A stretch of 64,000 nucleotides of DNA from the NCBI GenBank assembly GCA_025055575.1, contig JANWWP010000066.1:4332-68331 (forward strand), written 5' to 3'. How positions within the stretch are numbered: the first letter of the stretch is position 1; each line of letters begins with the position of its first letter. This stretch comes from Flavobacteriales bacterium (lineage in GTDB: Bacteria; Bacteroidota; Bacteroidia; CAIKAF01). The notes beneath the pieces are model-generated. The model had not been told where the DNA came from. It saw only the letters and a list, made by a program, of their open reading frames with translations, and made no database searches. Position numbers and translations under genes: made by a program. This document shows positions 19,655 through 28,639 of this stretch, one piece after another.

Positions 19655-20830
19655 TTGTCACATTTTTGGGTCTTGGAAAATTCTGAAAAAAAGAAAATTT
19701 GGCTTTCCTCACCGCACATGTCTGGCTACGAGGAAGCCTATATTAAGGAAGCGTTTGCATCGAATTGGATCGCACCCTTGGGTCCGCATGTGGATGCTTT
19801 TGAAAAAGCGCTGTGTTCTTATACTGGAGCTCGGCATGCCGCAGCCTTATCCTCCGGTACGGCAGCTTTGCATTTGGCTTTAATGCTGTGCAATGTGCAG
19901 CGGGGGGATGAAGTGATTTGCCAGTCTTTTACCTTTTCAGCTTCCGCCAATCCCATTGTTTATCAGGGGGCAACTCCGGTATTTGTGGACAGTGAGGAAG
20001 ACACTTGGAATATGGACCCCCAACTGTTGGAAGAAGCCCTGAAAGATCGACTGGCACGCGGTAAAAAAATAAAAGCGGTCATCGCAGTGCATTTGTACGG
20101 CATGCCGGCAAAATTGAATGAAATTAAAGCGCTGTGCGAAAGGTTTGAAGTACCTTTAATTGAAGATGCGGCTGAGGCTCTGGGTAGTCAATACCGAGGT
20201 CGTGCATGCGGCACTTTTGGTCGTTTTGGGATTCTCTCCTTCAATGGCAATAAAATAATCACCACCTCTGGGGGCGGTGCCCTATTGGGCGAAGAGGCTC
20301 AAGCCATCGAAAAAGCCCGGTTTTTGGCTACACAGGCACGCGATCCCGCACCCCACTATCAGCATTCACATATCGGATATAACTATCGACTTAGCAATGT
20401 GTTGGCTGGAATAGGAAGAGGTCAAATGCAAGTGTTGGATGAACGCGTCGCTCAAAGACGTAGAAACTTCGATAGATATGTGCGGATTTTCTCTGGTTTT
20501 CCGGGTATTGATTTCCAACCGGAAAGTCCAGATAATTTTTCCAACCGCTGGCTCACTTGTATCCTGATAAATCCTGAGTTGGCAGGTTTTGACAGAGAAA
20601 AATTGAGGTTGGCTCTGGAAAATGAAAACATTGAAAGCCGTCCTTTGTGGAAACCCATGCACTTGCAACCGGTGTTTAAAGATGCGCCTGCCTATGGCGG
20701 CAGCGTCTGTGCCCGTTTATTTCAGGATGGATTGTGTCTTCCTTCCGGCTCCAATCTGAGCCCGCAAGATTGGGAAAGAATTGAAGAGACGCTGTATTCT
20801 GTTCTAGAATCTAATACGGTCTCACGATAA
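19655..20830 (+). CDS. DegT/DnrJ/EryC1/StrS-family PLP-dependent sugar aminotransferase (PglE/WbpE-like, nucleotide-sugar 4-aminotransferase)
   Basis: N-terminus LSSPHMSGYEEAYIKEAFASNWIAPLGPHVDAFEKAL closely resembles PglE-type enzymes. PLP lysine in SFNGNKIITT. Confidence 0.85.
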   Translation: MSHFWVLENSEKKKIWLSSPHMSGYEEAYIKEAFASNWIAPLGPHVDAFEKALCSYTGARHAAALSSGTAALHLALMLCNVQRGDEVICQSFTFSASANPIVYQGATPVFVDSEEDTWNMDPQLLEEALKDRLARGKKIKAVIAVHLYGMPAKLNEIKALCERFEVPLIEDAAEALGSQYRGRACGTFGRFGILSFNGNKIITTSGGGALLGEEAQAIEKARFLATQARDPAPHYQHSHIGYNYRLSNVLAGIGRGQMQVLDERVAQRRRNFDRYVRIFSGFPGIDFQPESPDNFSNRWLTCILINPELAGFDREKLRLALENENIESRPLWKPMHLQPVFKDAPAYGGSVCARLFQDGLCLPSGSNLSPQDWERIEETLYSVLESNTVSR

Positions 20831-22788
20831 TGAGAAGGATAACTTTTCGTCTCAGCGGTCATCTTGGGCGGTATCTATCCAGAAGGTACATGTCCCGCAT
20901 CACTGTTCTGGTGACGGATATTTTCCTTTCTGGCGTGGCATACGCTATAAGTTTTATCATTTTTTGGCAGTATGTAAAAAAGACCCCGCTTCTGGAGCAT
21001 CTTCCGGCGCTTGTATGTGTGAGCATGGTGGTTAAGGGCTTGTGGTTTTTTGTTTTCAAGACCTACAATGGAGTTGTCCGCTTTGCAGGAGAGAAAGATG
21101 CTTTTCGCATTTTGGCGGCCCACTTTTTTGCTTTGGCCAGTGGCCTGGCCATAAATAAATTTTTGTTAGAACCTCTCCTGGGTTACAGAGGGCCTAACTC
21201 TGTTTTGTTTTTTGATTTTCTCACCGGTACTTTCTTTTTGGTAGGCTATAGAGTTTTTATCCGGATCATTCTGGATAAAAGTCAGGCCGGATTTGGTCTA
21301 AAAATTCCCACCCTCATTTACGGGGCCGGTCAATATGGCTACATCACAAAAAGAGCTCTAGAAAAAGATCCTCAAAACCGCTTCAGGATTGTAGCCTTTG
21401 TGGATGACAACCCCGCTCTGAATAAAAAGATTGTGGACGGCGTTCCGGTGTATCACACGGAAACAAACCTAGAACGGCTCGTCCGGGAGAACGATATTCG
21501 GCAAATAATTATTGCTATTCAAAGCCTGAGCGAAAAACGTAAGAAAGACATCATCGAACAATGCCTTGCACTCAATTTAAAAGTGCTGAAGGTGCCTTCC
21601 GTGCGCAGTTGGATTCACTCCGAAATGAGCGCGGCCAAGCTGAAAGATGTCCGGCTAGAAGACCTGCTTGGTCGCGAACCTATCGTCATTCACACCGAAG
21701 CCATTTCCAACCAATTAAAAGATCGTCGAGTGCTTATTACGGGAGCTGCCGGTTCCATCGGGAGCGAAATCGCCCGCCAGGTGGCAGGGTTCCAGCCGGC
21801 CGAACTGGTGCTCCTGGATAATGCAGAAAGCCCCTTGGTGGAAATTCATCTCGAATTGCAGGAAAGCGCCCAGGATCAAAATATCGCCGCTGTAGTGGCC
21901 GATGTTTCTGACAGCGGCCGAATGCAAGAAATCTTTTCCCGCTTTAAGCCTGAAATAGTTTTTCATGCGGCTGCATACAAGCATGTGCCCATCATGGAAC
22001 TCAATCCCTCTGAAGCCGTTCGGGTGAACGTGCTGGGCACAAAACTGCTGGCAGATCTTTCGGTGGAGTATGGAGTGGAAAAATTTGTCATGGTGTCCAC
22101 CGATAAAGCCGTTAACCCCACGAACGTGATGGGGGCCAGCAAGAGAATTGCCGAAATCTACACCCAGTCCTTGGATAAACTGGCTTTAGAAGGTCGGCAT
22201 CGGACCCGATTTGTGACCACCCGTTTTGGTAATGTGTTGGGCTCCAACGGGTCTGTGATTCCCCGTTTCCGTAAGCAAATAGAAAACGGCGGACCGGTCA
22301 CCGTCACGCATCCGGACATTACACGCTACTTCATGACCATTCCCGAAGCCTGTCGTCTGGTGCTGGAGGCCGGAGTGATGGGCCAGGGAGGTGAAATTTT
22401 CCTTTTCGACATGGGCGAAAAAGTGCGAATCCTGGATTTGGCCGAAAAAATGATCAAACTCTCCGGTAAAAAACCTTATGAGGAAATAGATATTGTCTTC
22501 ACGGGTTTGCGTCCCGGGGAAAAGCTCACCGAAGAGCTGCTCTGCGACTCAGAAAAAGCGCTTCCCACCCACCATCAGAAAATCATGAAAGCGCGCGTGG
22601 CCGAATATAATTTTACCTATGTTCAGTCTAAATTACAGGCCCTGATTCGGGCTTACGAAACCCGCGAAGACATGGCCCTCGTGGCTGTCATGAAAGAGAT
22701 GGTCCCTGAATATGTGAGCAACAATTCTGTTTTTTCAATTTTGGATAAGTCGCCCGTGATGAATGATTTGTCCGGAGAAGGCCTCTAA
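20830..22788 (+). CDS. Membrane-anchored NDP-sugar 4,6-dehydratase of the PglF/CapD/WbpM family
   Basis: 4 N-terminal TM helices, Rossmann motif VLITGAAGSIGSEIARQV, and TDKAVNPTNVMGASKRIAE (YxxxK-type SDR). TAATG stop/start overlap with the aminotransferase. Confidence 0.85.
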   Translation: MRRITFRLSGHLGRYLSRRYMSRITVLVTDIFLSGVAYAISFIIFWQYVKKTPLLEHLPALVCVSMVVKGLWFFVFKTYNGVVRFAGEKDAFRILAAHFFALASGLAINKFLLEPLLGYRGPNSVLFFDFLTGTFFLVGYRVFIRIILDKSQAGFGLKIPTLIYGAGQYGYITKRALEKDPQNRFRIVAFVDDNPALNKKIVDGVPVYHTETNLERLVRENDIRQIIIAIQSLSEKRKKDIIEQCLALNLKVLKVPSVRSWIHSEMSAAKLKDVRLEDLLGREPIVIHTEAISNQLKDRRVLITGAAGSIGSEIARQVAGFQPAELVLLDNAESPLVEIHLELQESAQDQNIAAVVADVSDSGRMQEIFSRFKPEIVFHAAAYKHVPIMELNPSEAVRVNVLGTKLLADLSVEYGVEKFVMVSTDKAVNPTNVMGASKRIAEIYTQSLDKLALEGRHRTRFVTTRFGNVLGSNGSVIPRFRKQIENGGPVTVTHPDITRYFMTIPEACRLVLEAGVMGQGGEIFLFDMGEKVRILDLAEKMIKLSGKKPYEEIDIVFTGLRPGEKLTEELLCDSEKALPTHHQKIMKARVAEYNFTYVQSKLQALIRAYETREDMALVAVMKEMVPEYVSNNSVFSILDKSPVMNDLSGEGL

Positions 22789-23762
22789 TCTGCTGAAGAA
22801 GGTTCCAGGTGTTCCAGATGAAAACCTGAATTCTCAAGTCCGTTTAAAAAACCGGCATTATCCTGAATTTTTCGACCGGCTCTTTGGATACTTTCAGGAA
22901 CAATCCAGCCATCTCGACACCTAATTTTAAGTATTGTACCCTGACGAACTAAAGTTCCAGGCTTCCAAGTTGAAAATCCAACAGAATCTGATTCAGCCCG
23001 CGCTTTATATATTTTCCAAATCTCCTGGGCGCCCGTTTTTTTTGTCATCCTGCACCAAGCTCCTGGATAGGGCGCCAAACCACGAATGAAATTTCGAAGA
23101 TATTGGCAGGATAGGGTCCAATCTATCTGAGTGTTTTCAGTCGTCAGCTTTGGAGCAGGGGTTGGCATTTTCCCTAACTGGCTTTGGGGAAGGGCATCCC
23201 GAATATCATGATTTTTCAGCCATTCCAGCGTCTCATCTACGATAGCGGGCGCTATGGTCTTCATTTTTTCATAGACATCACCCGCGGTGTCTTCCTCATC
23301 AATTTCTATCGTTTTTTGGAGGATAATTTTCCCTGCATCAATATTTTCATTGATGAAGAAAGTGGTGAGTCCGGTGGTTTTTTCACCCTGAATCACAGCA
23401 TGCTGAATGGGCGCAGCGCCTCTATATGAGGGCAGCAAAGAAGCATGTAAATTGATAGTACCCCGCGGGGGAATTTTCCACACCTCCTCTGGAAGCTTTC
23501 TGAAAGCTACCACCAGAAAAACTTCTGCATCAAAGCTTTTGAGTTTTTGGATGAACTCTGAATCCTTTAGATTTTCAGGCTGAAGCACCGTAATTCCAGA
23601 ATTCAGGGCTAAATCCTTCACAGGAGAAGGCAGGACTTGGAGGCCCCTGCCCGAGGGCTTGTCCGGGGCTGTCACAACAGCTACAACCTGATGATTGGCT
23701 TGCAGCAGATGTCGTAAGACTTGGGCAGCAAAATCCGGTGTTCCAAAAAAAACCAGACGCAT
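22785..23762 (-). CDS. fmt: Methionyl-tRNA formyltransferase
   Basis: MRLVFFGTPDFAAQVLRHLL, and the Formyl_trans N- and C-domain layout. About 320 aa. Confidence 0.9.
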   Translation of the reverse strand: MRLVFFGTPDFAAQVLRHLLQANHQVVAVVTAPDKPSGRGLQVLPSPVKDLALNSGITVLQPENLKDSEFIQKLKSFDAEVFLVVAFRKLPEEVWKIPPRGTINLHASLLPSYRGAAPIQHAVIQGEKTTGLTTFFINENIDAGKIILQKTIEIDEEDTAGDVYEKMKTIAPAIVDETLEWLKNHDIRDALPQSQLGKMPTPAPKLTTENTQIDWTLSCQYLRNFIRGLAPYPGAWCRMTKKTGAQEIWKIYKARAESDSVGFSTWKPGTLVRQGTILKIRCRDGWIVPESIQRAGRKIQDNAGFLNGLENSGFHLEHLEPSSAD

Positions 23763-23829
23763 GGTTGTTGATATAATGTTAATTCGCTTAATTCTTGCTT
23801 AATATTCCCGAAACGATGGGTTTTCTTCA

Positions 23830-26800
23830 ATGCACTTTATTTGCCCCGTGAAAAAATTCATACTTTCTTATCTAATAATCACGATTTTACATTTTAATTT
23901 TAATTCTAAAATATGGGGTCAATGCTTTGAAATTGAAAGCATTCTTGTGGATGCCTGTGGAAGTCCGGAGTCTAATAATGAAATGCTTATCTTCAGAGTG
24001 GGCAATACACCCCTTAATGTCAATAACATGTCGGTCACATGGCCGAATAATCCATTTTTGGGCATCTGCCAAAATGCTGTGACAGCCAACAATGTAGCTT
24101 GGTTCAATTCCACAGTGCAGGGTTGCGGATATTTTCTTGAACCGGTTAACGGTATTCTGCCGGCTAACAAGCGTGTGTTTTTGTTCACAAGCACAAATAT
24201 TGTGCAAAGTGCCCACACGTTTCCCAATCTGAATGATACTGTGATTGCTTTGTTCCAATGCCCGGGCGCCACTTCAGGCCATTTTGCCAACTATGACGGA
24301 AGTCCGGGTTTACGGACGACCATCATCACTTTTTCTCAACCCTCCCCTTGTTCTGACACAGTCACCTACAATAAAATCAATCTCATCAATATTAATGGCG
24401 GCTATGGCGGCGGCTCGGCTCTGCAGAACGGAGCCACCGTTCTGTTTGCACCCGATGGCACGCCCACCTATGTAAATCCCGGATGCAATCCACAGTATGT
24501 TCCTTTCACCCTCAGCATCAACAATCCTCCCGCCTCGGCCTGCCCTGGCGACCTCCTTTTCCTGAATGCTTCAGCCACAGGGCAGATCTTTTCGATCCAA
24601 TGGTCTGGAGGCAACGGAACCCTGCTGGGCGCCGGCCTCCTCAATCCCAATTACCAGGTGGTGCCTGCAGACGCCGGAGGTTTTACGATCAGTGTCACCG
24701 CCACGGATGTATGTGGTAACACCCTCACGCAGACGGCCAACATCAATGTGCCGGTTCAACAAAATCTCACGGTTTCTCCATCCGGACAAATACAGGCCTG
24801 TCAAGGGCAGTCGGTTACCCTAAATGCCTCGGGCGGCAGTGGCAGCTACAGTTGGAACAGTGGTCAAAATACAGCCCAAATTACTGTGGGTGTGCCCGGC
24901 ACTTACGTGGTGACCTCCTCAGATGCCTGCTACTCCTACACAGATAGTGTGTCGGTGGCATTTCTGCCTGTTCCTACCCTTACACTCAATCCCAACGGCA
25001 ACCAAAACTTATGCCAGGGCAATACGCTGCAACTTACGGCTTCTGTGAATACAGGCACTCCTGTCTGGTCCACGGGCCAATCCGGTAATTCAATATCCGT
25101 GAGCACCGGTGGCACCTATTCTGTGAGTGTTTCTAATAGTTGTGGAACAGCTTCGGACTCTGTTCAAATTACAGTTACTAACGCGCCTTCTCTGAGTGTT
25201 TCGCCGGCCGCCACAGTCCAAATCTGTGCAGGTCAATCCCAAACCATCACGGCTTCCGGAGCTCAGGCTTACGTGTGGTCCACAGGGGCCTCGGGGGCTT
25301 CGGAAACATTCAGTCAAACCGGTACTTTTTGGGTGGCCGGATCTAACGCCTGCGGCACGGATACCGTGAACATCACGGTGAACCAAGGCCAAGCCCCAGT
25401 GGCCGAAATTTCTTTTCAGGGTGACACCGTACTCTGCCCAGGCGAAACCTTAACGCTCACCTCGGTCAACGGATCCTCCACAGACCAATGGAGCACCGGG
25501 ACGGTGGGAAATCAAACCACCATCACGGCAGCGCCGGTGACAGTGACGCTCACGGTGAGCAATGCCTGTGGTACCAGCACCGATGTCGTCTCGATTAGCG
25601 CAGGCACCTTGCCCGTGGCGTCCATCACCACCTCCACAGGCGGCACCACACTGTGCAGTGGCTCCAGTCTCACACTTACAGCTTCGGGTGGAGATACATA
25701 CCAGTGGTCCTCAGGCGCCACGGGTGCAACACTTAATGTGACGACGGCCGGTACTTTCACCGTCACAGCATCGAACATTTGCGGTTCCGATACAGAAAGC
25801 CTGACCACGACAGTGATCAATCCGCCGGTGGCGCAGATTACACCCGGGGGAAGCACGTCTTTCTGTGACGGTGATTCGCTGCTTCTCACAGGTTCCGGTG
25901 GTGATACTTATACTTGGAGCACAGGCGAAACAACTTCCTCTATTTACGTGAGTTCAGGTGGAACTTACACCCTTACCGCCACCAACGCATGCGGGTCTAA
26001 TCAAGCCTCCATCACCTTAACGCTCATTCCGCTGCCAGAAGTCAACATCACCACGCCCGGCCCGGTGAATCTTTGCCAAGGGTCGCAAATTACGATTTCC
26101 GCCACTGCCAACGAACCTGTCTCGTGGAGCAATGGAGGTATCGGTCCTTCCACCACCGTATCCTCCGGCGGCACTTTGACGGCTTCAGCCACCAACGCCT
26201 GCGGCACCTCCACTTCCACCATTGTCATCAACGAAACCCCCTTGCCCCAGGTCAATATCTTACAAAACAGTCCCTTGGTGGCTTGCTCGGGAAACACCGT
26301 GCAGTTGGAGGCCATAGCCAACACTCCTGTGCAATGGAATAACGGCCTTACGACCAACACGGTTTCTGTGAATGCTTCAGGTACTTATGTGGTGACGGCA
26401 AGCAATACTTGTGGCACAGCCAGTGATTCGGTGCAGGTGATCATCACGGGGCCGCAGGCGGGTATTGTCGCTGATCCGCCCAGCGGCAATGCTCCTTTAA
26501 ACGTTCTGCTTTCAAGTTCTTCCACCGGCGCTACAGGGCTCTCCTGGAATGTTGCAGGGGCCACTTACACGTCCAATTCTTTCAATCATGTATTTTACGA
26601 GGCCGGCACATACGATGTAGTTTTGGTGGCGTCAGACGACAATGGCTGCAGCGACACAGCCACGCTTAAGATAGTGGTGGGCGACCAGTTTGAGGTATTC
26701 ATTCCCAACGTTTTCACGCCCAATGGAGATGGTATTAACGATGAATTTAAAATTGTTGCCACGGGAGTTAAATTATTTCGATGCACCATCTTCAACAGGT

Positions 26801-26964
26801 GGGGCAATGAAATATTTTCATGGGATGACGTCAACGAAGGTTGGAATGGGAAATCCGTTTTCGGAGGACGTGCCCCCAGCGGCGTGTATGTGTTTGTTGC
26901 TGAAATTACTAACCTTTCTGGGGACATCAAATCTCTCCGAGGCCACATCACTTTGTTTGAATAA
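23830..26964 (+). CDS. Large secreted adhesin-like protein with tandem Ig-like repeats and a T9SS type-B C-terminal sorting domain (gliding-motility-associated CTD)
   Basis: C-terminal FIPNVFTPNGDGINDEFKI... is the hallmark of the type-B CTD. About 9 tandem ~77-aa repeats with the pattern LCxGxxLTLTASGGxxYxWSTG...GTYTVTASNxCG. Confidence 0.7.
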   Translation: MHFICPVKKFILSYLIITILHFNFNSKIWGQCFEIESILVDACGSPESNNEMLIFRVGNTPLNVNNMSVTWPNNPFLGICQNAVTANNVAWFNSTVQGCGYFLEPVNGILPANKRVFLFTSTNIVQSAHTFPNLNDTVIALFQCPGATSGHFANYDGSPGLRTTIITFSQPSPCSDTVTYNKINLININGGYGGGSALQNGATVLFAPDGTPTYVNPGCNPQYVPFTLSINNPPASACPGDLLFLNASATGQIFSIQWSGGNGTLLGAGLLNPNYQVVPADAGGFTISVTATDVCGNTLTQTANINVPVQQNLTVSPSGQIQACQGQSVTLNASGGSGSYSWNSGQNTAQITVGVPGTYVVTSSDACYSYTDSVSVAFLPVPTLTLNPNGNQNLCQGNTLQLTASVNTGTPVWSTGQSGNSISVSTGGTYSVSVSNSCGTASDSVQITVTNAPSLSVSPAATVQICAGQSQTITASGAQAYVWSTGASGASETFSQTGTFWVAGSNACGTDTVNITVNQGQAPVAEISFQGDTVLCPGETLTLTSVNGSSTDQWSTGTVGNQTTITAAPVTVTLTVSNACGTSTDVVSISAGTLPVASITTSTGGTTLCSGSSLTLTASGGDTYQWSSGATGATLNVTTAGTFTVTASNICGSDTESLTTTVINPPVAQITPGGSTSFCDGDSLLLTGSGGDTYTWSTGETTSSIYVSSGGTYTLTATNACGSNQASITLTLIPLPEVNITTPGPVNLCQGSQITISATANEPVSWSNGGIGPSTTVSSGGTLTASATNACGTSTSTIVINETPLPQVNILQNSPLVACSGNTVQLEAIANTPVQWNNGLTTNTVSVNASGTYVVTASNTCGTASDSVQVIITGPQAGIVADPPSGNAPLNVLLSSSSTGATGLSWNVAGATYTSNSFNHVFYEAGTYDVVLVASDDNGCSDTATLKIVVGDQFEVFIPNVFTPNGDGINDEFKIVATGVKLFRCTIFNRWGNEIFSWDDVNEGWNGKSVFGGRAPSGVYVFVAEITNLSGDIKSLRGHITLFE
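24770..26450 (+). repeat. Tandem in-frame ~230-bp coding repeats (Ig-like, SprB/HYR-type, with a conserved Cys pair) inside the T9SS adhesin gene
   Basis: Visible periodicity in the translated ORF. The boundaries are approximate. Confidence 0.55.
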
Positions 26965-26978
26965 AAATTAAACTATTT

Positions 26979-27464
26979 TTGCAGGCCATGAGATTTTTAT
27001 GCTATGGCCTTTTGGTCTTGTTTGTATCCTGGGGATGTAAAAAAGAAAAACCCCTGGAGAAAGGCCAAATGAAAATGAAAATCAATGGAAAAAGTATACG
27101 GCTTACCTTCGGAGGTCAAATCACTATCGTTCAAGATACTATTGCCACGGCCACAGCCAACAGCGGCCCGCAAGGTCCATTCAAAAGAATGACGCTTCAG
27201 TTCAACCGATTTGGCACGGGTGAGCTCAATAACACTCCGGAGTATCCCATCCGAACGATCATGACCTATCAGGAAAGCAACGCCACTTTTTCATCCCATT
27301 ATCTCAATAATCTCATAGGCGAAGCTTCTGCCACTGTGGAAGAGATCAACACTGGCGAACGGTTTGTAAAAGGTAAATTCAAAGGATATCTAAGGGGCCT
27401 CACCGGCTCATTAGAAACACGGAATATCGAAGACGGCGAATTTTTCCTGGCAATTAGCCTGTAA
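26979..27464 (+). CDS. Hypothetical small lipoprotein (161 aa)
   Basis: Signal peptide with Cys (LLVLFVSWGCKKEKP). Lies 15 nt downstream of the adhesin gene. Confidence 0.45.
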   Translation: MQAMRFLCYGLLVLFVSWGCKKEKPLEKGQMKMKINGKSIRLTFGGQITIVQDTIATATANSGPQGPFKRMTLQFNRFGTGELNNTPEYPIRTIMTYQESNATFSSHYLNNLIGEASATVEEINTGERFVKGKFKGYLRGLTGSLETRNIEDGEFFLAISL

Positions 27465-27562
27465 AAGGCATTTGTACTTAAATTTGTTTGCATGGAAGAA
27501 TTTATTGATTGCCGTCCATAACTCTTAAATGGATTTTCAAAAATCCATAAAAATTGATACCA

Positions 27563-28621
27563 TTATTTTGGGATGAGCAAGGCGGTTATTTTTACCATTG
27601 TTAATAATAAAAACACCGCCACCAACTGATGGGCCACCCCAAGAACCAAGGGCACGGCCAGCACAAGTGTCAAAATGCCCAACAACACCTGCACATGCAC
27701 CCACAGAATTAACTGACGTCCCGAAGCGGACCAAATGCCCCCCGCTCTTACCAACCGAAAACCCATCCAGGTGAGAAGACCATACACTACCCAAGCCCAG
27801 GTGCGGTGAAAAAATTGAAGCCCGGATTCATTTTCCAAAAAATTCACATACCAAGGCTGAGCCGCCCACACCGACTCCGGAATCCAGGCATCCCCCATGC
27901 GCGGCCAGGTATTGTATAGCTGCCCCGCATCTTTCCCGGCCACAAACGCACCGTAGATAATCTGGAGAATGAGGGCCAAAAGGGAAATCCACAGCAGGCT
28001 TTTTTTGACAGGAGGAGTTCCCTGTGCGGTTTGAACCCGCGGAGGATTCAAACGCAGCAACTGCCAGTAAATGGCCACGGCAATGGTCAGGGCCGTGCAT
28101 AGATGGGCCGCCAGCCTAAAGTGGCTCACGCGCGGTTCATCCACCAGGCCGCTTTTCACCATATACCAGCCCAAGAAGCCCTGAACACCTCCCAGAATTC
28201 CAATCAACAAAATACCAGGCAGCATAGGCCGGGGTATCTGACGGCGAATCCAAAAAGCAGCAAGAGGAACAATATAAACAAGCCCTATAAGGCGGGCAAT
28301 GAACCGATGGATCCATTCCCACCAGAAAATGGTTTTGAAATCCTGCAGGGTAAAGCCAGAATTTTTATATAAAAACTCCGGTGAATTTTTGTATTTATCA
28401 AATTCGTTCTGCCAGTCCTGTTCTGTTAAGGGCGGAAGAACTCCGGTCACGGGCCGCCAGTCGGTGATGGAGAGTCCGCTTTCTGTGAGACGGGTGATAG
28501 CGCCTACCACCACCATCAGCACCACCAGCACCAAGCCCGTGCGCAGCCAAAGGCGCACAGGATGCAGTGCGCGGTGAGGTGAATTCTCGGGCGTCAGGGA
28601 TGCGCTGGTCGGAGGTACCAT
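27563..28621 (-). CDS. ctaA: Heme A synthase (COX15/CtaA family)
   Basis: AITRLTESGLSITDW motif and multiple His-containing TM helices. Confidence 0.8.
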   Translation of the reverse strand: MVPPTSASLTPENSPHRALHPVRLWLRTGLVLVVLMVVVGAITRLTESGLSITDWRPVTGVLPPLTEQDWQNEFDKYKNSPEFLYKNSGFTLQDFKTIFWWEWIHRFIARLIGLVYIVPLAAFWIRRQIPRPMLPGILLIGILGGVQGFLGWYMVKSGLVDEPRVSHFRLAAHLCTALTIAVAIYWQLLRLNPPRVQTAQGTPPVKKSLLWISLLALILQIIYGAFVAGKDAGQLYNTWPRMGDAWIPESVWAAQPWYVNFLENESGLQFFHRTWAWVVYGLLTWMGFRLVRAGGIWSASGRQLILWVHVQVLLGILTLVLAVPLVLGVAHQLVAVFLLLTMVKITALLIPK

Positions 28622-28639
28622 TTCGGCCGAATCGGATTT

